Positions 8,611-15,846 of a stretch of 58,782 nt of DNA are shown piece after piece. This DNA comes from a virus (lineage: Duplodnaviria > Caudoviricetes). The notes beneath the pieces are model-generated. The model was not told the origin of the DNA, searched no databases, and worked only from the letters and a program-made list of their open reading frames with translations. The position numbers and the translations under genes are program-made. Where the stretch lies: the IMG/VR virus record IMGVR_UViG_3300023181_000033, positions 1 through 58,782 of that record. One strand, given 5' to 3'. The stretch's first letter is position 1; every line of letters begins with the position of its first letter.

Positions 8611-10781
8611 TGGCAGCAGAAAAATTACCTAGTCAGGCGACGGGAGCAAATATAAGGAGCGCAATCGGTAATCATGCTGATTTGTTGGACGGCATTGCAT
8701 TGGATCTAATCAGCATCATATCACAAATAGCCACAAAGCTAGATGCAGATCAGGTACAGGCTTTGATTGATGCTTCTGGAGGTGGTGGCGGAGGTTCTGA
8801 GACGAAAGAAAGTATTTTACTGAAACTAGGCGCAACACAGGTAACAGGCAGCAACACCGGAGATCAGGACTTGAGCGGTATTATTACCTCACTGCAAGGT
8901 AAAGCGTCACAAGCAGATTTAACCTCGCTTAACAACTCTTATACGGCTTATGTAGCCTCGAATAACACTGCCGTAGCAGGCAAAGTATCGCAATCTGTTT
9001 ACGACGCTTTTGTGAGTGCTTATAATACGGCTATTGCTTTGAAGGTGGATAAGGTAGATGGCAAAGGTTTAAGTACGAATGATTATACGGCAACTGATAA
9101 AGGTAGAGTAGATACTATACCCGCTTTGACTACACAAGTTCAATCCAATACTGATACGCTTGCTTCTGCTGCCGTAGTAACAGGTGTTTTTCAACCTGAA
9201 ACATTAGCCTATCTTACTAAAATAAAAGCCGTGTCCGGTGGAGGGATTGACTTTTTTACACTTAGTCAAGTTGATAAAGCTATTACTGAAATAAAAAGAG
9301 TTGGTGCATATACTAAATTGAAGCGCCTTTCTTTTGCGTCGGGAGTTAATTTGGCGTCTGCATTGGTTCACGTAGTGGGGCAAATAACTAATACAGGCTT
9401 TGTTGAAGCAGATTTCACACAAGACAGGGCATTTAGTTTAACATCAAACTCAGGTAAATCATTAGATACAGGGTTAATACCGACATCTGAGGGGCTGTCA
9501 AATACTAATTTTTCTTTCGGGGTTATGGTTCTCGACGAGCAAACTACAAACTCCCCTGCTGCTCTGTTTTCAGATAGCCCCGCCTCTGGTGCTTCGGTTT
9601 TGTCTTTACAAGATAAATCATTTGGCATAGGTTCTGCTGGGGCTGCTGTATTTGGGGGCGGAGTTGAGTTTATATCAGCTTCTTACGGGTCTAGTATTTA
9701 TGGGTTTTTCATCAATGGTTACAAACTTTACGGAAACACAACAACGGTAGCGGCTACATTAAATTCTGAACTTAAGTTTTTTAGAGGTACTTTTAATGGA
9801 GCGCCTGTTTATTCAAAAACATCATTAGGATCTTATTTTGTAGGGGAATACTTAACGGACGTTCAAATTAAAGCCGTATCAAATGCTCTTAAAGCATATG
9901 AAGAAGCAATAGGACGCGTCTCCACTGTTGGCGGAAAAATAACATTTGAAGGGGACTCTAACACCGCAGGAAAGGGGATCAGCAACCCTTCCGACATAAC
10001 ATCAAGTCAAGTAGGAAAAGCGGTAGGATTCAGAGTAGAGAATTTGGGGTCTAGTGGCAGTCAGCTAAGGCAAGATACCTCATCTCTTAGCGCAATAGGG
10101 CTGTTTACAGGATATAGAGACATAACAAAAACAAAAAGAAACATTCACGTAATGATGCCGGGTACCAACGATAGAAATATCGGAGACCTTACTACAGACG
10201 GTAATCCTACGGTAATTTCTGATTTTATCAATAAATACGGTGTTATTGTTTCTGTGTTTAAGGGAGAAGGTAATAAAGTTGTAATAGTATCCCCGCCTGG
10301 AGACGCCTCTGGGGCTTCTAAAATAAAACAACAGGCGTATGTTGACGCTTGTGCTACTGTTGCCAATAGCAGGTCGGTGGTTATGGTAGACATCTACAAC
10401 TACATGTTAGACGCAACCGCTACAGGGGCGTTATCTGAACTCGTAGCGTTGTTCCTGCAAAATGACAACCTTCACTTAAGCACAGCTGGACATGCGTATA
10501 TAGTTTATCCAATTACATTAGGCATTCAGGGGCTTGTAGTTAGAAATCCGACATTTGATTTTCCAGAAGTAGCTTCTGGAGGTATGCAGGAGTTGACGGT
10601 AACAATGCCTAGTGTTAGAATCGGGGCTCAAATTACACCAACTTATCCTCCGGTTACAGGAATAATATTTCAGACTTATTGCGCAACAGACGGGGTGGTT
10701 ACCGTAAGAGCCACCAACTTGACTGCCTCTCCTATAAATCCTGCGGCATTGAAAATAAACATCGTAGCAAAGGCTCTTTAA
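8610..10781 (+). CDS. Head-region fibre-like protein with SGNH/GDSL hydrolase domain
   Basis: NTGDQDL and KVDKVDGKGLSTNDY fibre motifs; FEGDS, GTND, DNLH catalytic blocks. Confidence 0.75.
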   Translation: MAAEKLPSQATGANIRSAIGNHADLLDGIALDLISIISQIATKLDADQVQALIDASGGGGGGSETKESILLKLGATQVTGSNTGDQDLSGIITSLQGKASQADLTSLNNSYTAYVASNNTAVAGKVSQSVYDAFVSAYNTAIALKVDKVDGKGLSTNDYTATDKGRVDTIPALTTQVQSNTDTLASAAVVTGVFQPETLAYLTKIKAVSGGGIDFFTLSQVDKAITEIKRVGAYTKLKRLSFASGVNLASALVHVVGQITNTGFVEADFTQDRAFSLTSNSGKSLDTGLIPTSEGLSNTNFSFGVMVLDEQTTNSPAALFSDSPASGASVLSLQDKSFGIGSAGAAVFGGGVEFISASYGSSIYGFFINGYKLYGNTTTVAATLNSELKFFRGTFNGAPVYSKTSLGSYFVGEYLTDVQIKAVSNALKAYEEAIGRVSTVGGKITFEGDSNTAGKGISNPSDITSSQVGKAVGFRVENLGSSGSQLRQDTSSLSAIGLFTGYRDITKTKRNIHVMMPGTNDRNIGDLTTDGNPTVISDFINKYGVIVSVFKGEGNKVVIVSPPGDASGASKIKQQAYVDACATVANSRSVVMVDIYNYMLDATATGALSELVALFLQNDNLHLSTAGHAYIVYPITLGIQGLVVRNPTFDFPEVASGGMQELTVTMPSVRIGAQITPTYPPVTGIIFQTYCATDGVVTVRATNLTASPINPAALKINIVAKAL

Positions 10782-10789
10782 CCTACAAC

Positions 10790-11338
10790 ATGGAACCAGT
10801 AACACTACAAGAGATAAAAGCATTCCTTCGCATTGACGCTGACTATGTGGCTGAGGATGCGTTTCTGACGTTAACAGCGGGTGCAGCAAGACAGATCATG
10901 CAGGATGAACTGAACATTGGACTTGTACCGATGGAGTTAGAATTTCAATGGAACGGTTGTAAGCAAGAGTTACCGTTAAGCCCTACCATATCCGTTGTGT
11001 CTGTTAAAGATGCTGAAGGGGTTGACGTGGAATATTCAACCGATGGTTACCAGGCTAAATCTATATGGGTGAACTGGAACGGGAATAGTGATGGCCAATG
11101 GTTCTACTCTATATCTGGAGGTTATGCAGAATATACACCGTTTGGCCGCGTAGGCGATGAACCTCTTTATAAGTGTGTATATCAAACTGGTTATGAAGTA
11201 CTGCCACAGACACTTAAATTAGCTTTGTTAGCGCAGATAGACCACATGTATAAGCTACGTGGACAGCCTGAAGGTTCGATGGTTAGTCAGGCCGCTTTAA
11301 ACATGGCAAGTAGGTACTCTAGGAATTTAGTGATATGA
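10790..11338 (+). CDS. Head-tail connector (gp6-like)
   Basis: EPVTLQEIKAFLRID...LKLALL..IDHMY motifs; near-identical to 52272-52820. Confidence 0.88.
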   Translation: MEPVTLQEIKAFLRIDADYVAEDAFLTLTAGAARQIMQDELNIGLVPMELEFQWNGCKQELPLSPTISVVSVKDAEGVDVEYSTDGYQAKSIWVNWNGNSDGQWFYSISGGYAEYTPFGRVGDEPLYKCVYQTGYEVLPQTLKLALLAQIDHMYKLRGQPEGSMVSQAALNMASRYSRNLVI

Positions 11339-11685
11339 ACAAGAAACAAATCACATCAGGCGACCTTAACCAAGCGATAGAGATATACAAGCAGGAGAAT
11401 GTACCCAATGACTCAGGCGGTACGTATCCACTTGATGTACTATACTGGTCTACATCTGCTAAGGTTGACCAGATTAGGGCTGGTAGAACGCTTCAGGCAT
11501 TGCAGGATATACTAACGCCTGCTGTTACATTTATCGTTCGTTACAGGCAAGATAAATTCGTTACTCCTGATATGCGTATTAAATGGAGAGGTCAGTATTT
11601 TACGGTTATTACGGCTGAGGTGGATTATGTAGCGAAAGAATGGCTCGTTATTATAGGTAAGGCACAAGCTTTGCCGGAGAGGTAA
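11335..11685 (+). CDS. Head closure protein (SPP1 gp16-like)
   Basis: GDLN..IEI, FIVRYR, DMRIKWRG..F motifs. Confidence 0.88.
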   Translation: MNKKQITSGDLNQAIEIYKQENVPNDSGGTYPLDVLYWSTSAKVDQIRAGRTLQALQDILTPAVTFIVRYRQDKFVTPDMRIKWRGQYFTVITAEVDYVAKEWLVIIGKAQALPER

Positions 11686-11686
11686 T

Positions 11687-11720
11687 AAAAAAGCCCCGAA
11701 CAAAATGAACGGGGCTTAAT
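11687..11720 (-). terminator. Terminator between convergent genes
   Basis: A-tract plus AAGCCCCG/CGGGGCTT stem. Confidence 0.7.
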
Positions 11721-11742
11721 CAAAGTTTAGAAATTTCAAAAA

Positions 11743-12375
11743 CTAAACCTCAATAGCTGAAGTAAATTCTTTGAAAAAGCTTAGAAGTAATTGCCTGTAG
11801 TCTACATCAGCAGCAGCAGCAGCAGCATCAGCAGCATAAGCAGCAGCATCAGCAGCATAAGCAGCAGCATAAGCAGCAGCATCATCAGCAGCAGCAGCAG
11901 CAGCATCAGCAGCATAAGCAGCAGCATCAGCAGCATCAGCAGCATCAGCAGCATAAGCAGCAGCATCAGCAGCATAAGCAGCATAAGCAGCAGCATCAGC
12001 AGCATAAGCAGCAGCATCAGCAGCAGCAGCATCAGCAGCAGCATAAGCAGCTCTTTTTGTTCTCAATTCCTCTATGCTTATAGTTTTATTTAGATAATCC
12101 TGTGCCGCTTGTATCGCTTCCCTAGGGGCTTTATTTTCAGGGTATCTAGCCTCGTATATCGGAAGCACACATATAGCGCATCCGATTGCAAATTTTCTAT
12201 ACTCAGTGTCTGTAAACTCGCAGTTTCTTCTGATAAACCAAGCTTTATCTTTTATTGAAACATTCGAATTAAGCACATCTGAAATATCAAAGTTTTCGTT
12301 AGGTAAAAATGTGTCAGCTTTTTTACGTCCGTAGCATCCGAAGTTTGATGTTGTTTTATTGAAAGTATTTTTCAT
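11743..12375 (-). CDS. Moron: Imm5-like (putative immunity) helical protein with Ala/Asp/Tyr low-complexity tract
   Basis: FAIGCA..VLPIYE..YPE.KAPREAIQAA..Y motif followed by AADAAAY repeats. Confidence 0.65.
   Translation of the reverse strand: MKNTFNKTTSNFGCYGRKKADTFLPNENFDISDVLNSNVSIKDKAWFIRRNCEFTDTEYRKFAIGCAICVLPIYEARYPENKAPREAIQAAQDYLNKTISIEELRTKRAAYAAADAAAADAAAYAADAAAYAAYAADAAAYAADAADAADAAAYAADAAAAAADDAAAYAAAYAADAAAYAADAAAAAADVDYRQLLLSFFKEFTSAIEV
11805..12053 (-). repeat. Coding trinucleotide minisatellite (GCT/GAT/TAT)
   Basis: About 80 consecutive codons, essentially only GCT, GAT and TAT. Confidence 0.95.
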
Positions 12376-12398
12376 GTTTGAAATTTTTTAAATGAACC

Positions 12399-12439
12399 CA
12401 AATGTAACTACTAATCCTTATATTTGAATGTAACAAGTT
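12399..12439. promoter_or_regulatory. Back-to-back Bacteroidota -7 promoters (moron leftward, neck operon rightward)
   Basis: CAAATGTA 12399-12406 and TATATTTG 12419-12426; same block at 53643-53683. Confidence 0.75.
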
Positions 12440-12447
12440 TGTGGTAT

Positions 12448-12957
12448 ATGGCAAAAGTATTTAGGAATTTCTCGGAAATGTCTGCTGCACTTAAAAAGGC
12501 TACTGATGACTTTACTAAGGAGGCGAGGGGTTTGGTGGATTATAACTTAGGAGAACTTGAGTTGCAAGCAATCCGAACATCCCCGGGGCCAGGAAAAGAT
12601 ATAGCGACAACACATGGGCCAGAGAAACAGAAAGACATTGTGAATGGCAGGGGATGGACTCCAATAAGTCAGGCTATAGGATATACTTTAGACATCCCCA
12701 GTAAGGGCTTAAAAGGCACTGTATTCGTTGATATTGCAGCGGGGCCTATCGCAATCTGGACGGAATTTGGAACTGGCCCCTCTGCATCATACTACGTGAA
12801 CACTTTGCCACCTGAATTTCAAGCCGTTGCGAGAAAATATTTTATCAATGGCAAGGGCTCGATTATCGTTCAGCCATATTTACTTCCTGCATTCTTTAAA
12901 TACAGAGTAAATTTCAAAAAAGAAATGGCTGAGGCCGTTAAAAACATATCATTCTAA
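12448..12957 (+). CDS. Neck/tail completion protein (HK97 gp10-like)
   Basis: EFGTG and QPYLLPAF motifs; position. Confidence 0.82.
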   Translation: MAKVFRNFSEMSAALKKATDDFTKEARGLVDYNLGELELQAIRTSPGPGKDIATTHGPEKQKDIVNGRGWTPISQAIGYTLDIPSKGLKGTVFVDIAAGPIAIWTEFGTGPSASYYVNTLPPEFQAVARKYFINGKGSIIVQPYLLPAFFKYRVNFKKEMAEAVKNISF

Positions 12958-13427
12958 TGAAAAGTACTACTTTGCCAATCCGAAAAAGTTTCTACCAAGT
13001 CATTAACACTGACCTGAAATACCAAAACGTAACTATTCCAGTATACGAGGAATATATGCCGGACGCTGCTAAACCTGCAGTATTAACGTTCAATAATCAA
13101 ACGGTAAAGGCTTATGTGATCTTGCTAAACCAGACGAGCAACTTTGATCCGGTATTGAAATGTGTTAGGAATGACCAATCATCTATACAGGTACAGGTAA
13201 CTACGCAATTTCCATCCGGAACGGGCGGGTCTGAGTTAGCAGAACTGATAGGGGACTTGATTAAGGCTAAGATATTTCCATCAGCAAACACAAACGCTTT
13301 GCAATTAGATCCTGTATTTAAACTATGGAAATGTAGCTATGAGTCGGGCAGAAATATACCGTATGACACTGAAACTAACCGCGTATGGGTGCATCAAATG
13401 ACATTTCTTTGCTATGTTGCGCAGTGA
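12957..13427 (+). CDS. Tail terminator protein
   Basis: Position before tail tube; near-identical to 54200-54670. Confidence 0.75.
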   Translation: MKSTTLPIRKSFYQVINTDLKYQNVTIPVYEEYMPDAAKPAVLTFNNQTVKAYVILLNQTSNFDPVLKCVRNDQSSIQVQVTTQFPSGTGGSELAELIGDLIKAKIFPSANTNALQLDPVFKLWKCSYESGRNIPYDTETNRVWVHQMTFLCYVAQ

Positions 13428-13587
13428 TTTAGAAGCTCAGGCAGAGGTTTTATACCCAATGCCCGAGCGGTGTTGTGATTGGAAGCGCAAAAAGATTATT
13501 TGGCTTAGGATGAAGTGGGTGGAGAAGGCAACTCAGCAATCTGACAATAATAAGACTTCAGAATATTCCGGCCAACCATCAATATAA
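13414..13587 (+). CDS. Unannotated 57-aa protein (MLRSDLEAQAEVLYPMPERCCDWKRKKIIWLRMKWVEK...)
   Basis: First 38 aa identical to 54657-54809, with four synonymous codon differences. Confidence 0.7.
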   Translation: MLRSDLEAQAEVLYPMPERCCDWKRKKIIWLRMKWVEKATQQSDNNKTSEYSGQPSI

Positions 13588-13865
13588 TTTAAATCCTCAG
13601 CGTCACATCTTCTTACATTTGGGAATTCAGAGTACCAGCCAGTGACAGCCTTATCGTCTTTTATAAAAACTTCCATGTCGTCTTCATCCTCACCGCCACC
13701 TGTCTGGTAAAAGAAGTTTGTATGCTTATATCCTTTAGCTATCAAAGTGTCATATAGCTCATCCATTTCTTTAAGATTCACCTTCACCTCCTTCCTGTTC
13801 CAACTTCGCCAATCTTTCTTGCCTCCTATTCGGTAAAGGCTTAGCGTCACTACTAGACTGTTCAT
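13533..13865 (-). CDS. Moron hypothetical protein (true start probably downstream, near 13765-13780)
   Basis: ORF track; last gene of the leftward moron cluster. Confidence 0.55.
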   Translation of the reverse strand: MNSLVVTLSLYRIGGKKDWRSWNRKEVKVNLKEMDELYDTLIAKGYKHTNFFYQTGGGEDEDDMEVFIKDDKAVTGWYSEFPNVRRCDAEDLNYIDGWPEYSEVLLLSDC

Positions 13866-13953
13866 TTCGTTCAGTCCTTACCAGTTTGCTTATCTTTTGC
13901 TCTAAAACCTGAACGCGTTGTTCGAGGGAGCTGATTTGTTCTTTTTGTGTCAT
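13771..13953 (-). CDS. Small coiled-coil moron protein
   Basis: LEQRVQVLEQKI; homologue at 54987-55166. Confidence 0.7.
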   Translation of the reverse strand: MTQKEQISSLEQRVQVLEQKISKLVRTERNEQSSSDAKPLPNRRQERLAKLEQEGGEGES

Positions 13954-13955
13954 AA

Positions 13956-14201
13956 TTATTCTTCTTCTAATTTATGTATTCCTGGAATATGCACGTAATT
14001 AATCGGCACTTTCTTTTGGACGTGCTTCATTGTTTTGCCTTTGTTTTGGTGGCCTAAATGTATTTTCCCACAATGCGGACATCTGTATGAGGTCATCCGC
14101 TTCTTTTTACGCCCCTTGTTGATGTTAGCTACAGACGAGTTAGCTTGTTCAGCTGTGTCATACGGTATCTTTCCTAAGCATGAGTTTTCTGTTCGGATCA
14201 T
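13956..14201 (-). CDS. Small Zn-ribbon protein (YxCxxCxxxH)
   Basis: CLGK..Y...YRCPHCGKIHLGH; homologue at 55459-55704. Confidence 0.75.
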   Translation of the reverse strand: MIRTENSCLGKIPYDTAEQANSSVANINKGRKKKRMTSYRCPHCGKIHLGHQNKGKTMKHVQKKVPINYVHIPGIHKLEEE

Positions 14202-14207
14202 ACATTG

Positions 14208-14531
14208 TTATGAGTTTTGAATAGATTTTTTGATTTCTATTTTCTTTTGTTCATTTAAGAACCGATTATAAATCCTATAAGCCTTAGCTACAGTTGATCT
14301 TGACGGCCTATAACGTCCTAGTTTAGTATCTAACGTAAAACTAGAATACGGATGATTTTCTACCCATATATCAACACCGTCTATAGTGCCTCTGTATCCG
14401 TCTGTTTTTGTGAATTTATAATTGTCGAGCAGGTAATTAACCCTAGTATCCCATTCTTTATTGAATTTTTCATTCATCAACCAATAAGACGGTAATACTG
14501 ATTTTAAGTAATCTATTATTTTCTTTTCCAT
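14208..14531 (-). CDS. Moron hypothetical protein
   Basis: ORF; IWVENHPY; first gene of the leftward cluster. Confidence 0.6.
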   Translation of the reverse strand: MEKKIIDYLKSVLPSYWLMNEKFNKEWDTRVNYLLDNYKFTKTDGYRGTIDGVDIWVENHPYSSFTLDTKLGRYRPSRSTVAKAYRIYNRFLNEQKKIEIKKSIQNS

Positions 14532-14634
14532 ACCGCAATTTACGAACAATATTATACCATAATGCTATGTATCAAGAATGTTGCAAATATCAGTCGCACA
14601 GTGTATCTTTGATAAACAACTTTAAATTAAAGCC

Positions 14635-15117
14635 ATGCCAGTATTTGACCCAATTCAAGGTACAGAGTATATTATCGAAATAGACACTGAAACCTTAACA
14701 ACTACTCCCAACGCAACAAGAGGCGTAGATGCTAATTTTAGACCTGTAGTGTGTTTAGTCAGTAATGGCGTGGACGCAACATCTGCCGATCAGGAAACGA
14801 CCAACAAGTGCTCAGGAGGCTTTAAAACTTCTCAGTCAGGTGTTAAGTCGTGGAACATCACAGGTAACGGACAGGCTATATCCATCACGCAAGCCCCTGC
14901 CGATGACTATGCTAACTTTAACGAGTTAATGTCGTTATGGAAATCGGGTACACAGTTCTTTGCGCGTATCACTAACGCAGCAAGCACGAACTATTACCGT
15001 GAAGGGCGTGTGTATATTTCTTCTCAAGCAGAAACACAGCCTAACCAAGAAGCGATTACGTTCGACACAACACTTACAGGTGTAGGCGAATTATTCTTAA
15101 CACCTCCAGTAGTATAA
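14635..15117 (+). CDS. Major tail tube protein (TP901-1-like)
   Basis: ETTNKCSGG...GVKSWNITGNG, TFDTTLTGVGEL; TATCTTTG promoter at 14604. Confidence 0.88.
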   Translation: MPVFDPIQGTEYIIEIDTETLTTTPNATRGVDANFRPVVCLVSNGVDATSADQETTNKCSGGFKTSQSGVKSWNITGNGQAISITQAPADDYANFNELMSLWKSGTQFFARITNAASTNYYREGRVYISSQAETQPNQEAITFDTTLTGVGELFLTPPVV

Positions 15118-15118
15118 T

Positions 15119-15502
15119 ATGAACGGAGTAGCAAAAGTTACCATTAAAGGTAAAGAGTATCCCTTGAAATTTGGGGTACAGGCATTGATGCGATATGAAG
15201 AACGGGGTAAGAAATCAACCGTATCTGATGACGAGAATATAAACGTGATTACGGCTTCTATCAATGTTTTCTATGCCGGATTAGTCGGGTCAAACATCAG
15301 ATTGGAACAGCCGATTATCACTTATGCTGATGCTTCAGACTTGTATGACGAATTGTCCTTAGAGGAAGATTACAACGCTCAATTGACCGATATATGGGCT
15401 GCATTCAACGAAAGTGTATTACCTATCATTGCCGCAAGAAATCCGTTAGCTAAGGAAGAAGATAAAAAAAAAGTGACGAGGAAATCGAAGCCGATATTAT
15501 AG
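15119..15502 (+). CDS. Tail assembly chaperone (gpG-like)
   Basis: IKGKEYPLKFG; lies between tube and tape measure; A9G slippery run at 15464-15473. Confidence 0.82.
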   Translation: MNGVAKVTIKGKEYPLKFGVQALMRYEERGKKSTVSDDENINVITASINVFYAGLVGSNIRLEQPIITYADASDLYDELSLEEDYNAQLTDIWAAFNESVLPIIAARNPLAKEEDKKKVTRKSKPIL

Positions 15503-15846
15503 CGAACAAAGCTACAAACGAGGAAATCATGTGTTTGGCTTTTGGCGAAATGGGGTTATTGCCTCATGAATTAGAGGCTTACACAGTTGCTCAGTTTGAA
15601 GCTAAATGTAAGGGGTTCGCTAGGGGAAATGATAGGCTAGAGGTTATTGCAAGGCGAATGACAGGATTCCTCGTATCGGTTCACCTGGATAAAAAGGCAA
15701 AGTTCGATATCATTGAAAAATGGCCGATATTGAATGTTGACGAAAAGAATAAATACCGTACACAAGCCGTTCAGAGTAAAGCTAAAATAGCCCAAATGAT
15801 GGACAGGTTAGCAGAACAAAAGAAATCATGGCAGACGGTCAGTTAA
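15464..15846 (+). CDS. Tail chaperone C-terminal extension (gpT-like, via -1 frameshift)
   Basis: -1 frame open from the A9G run through MCLAFGEMGLLPHE. Confidence 0.75.

Noticed and set aside
11805-12053. Possible CRISPR array or DGR repeat
   Set aside because: No unique spacers, no TR/VR pair with A-specific mismatches, no reverse transcriptase or cas gene.
11791-12093. Poly-Ser/Ile (+) and poly-Leu/Met (-) ORFs
   Set aside because: Alternate-frame shadows of the GCT/GAT/TAT repeat in 11743-12375.
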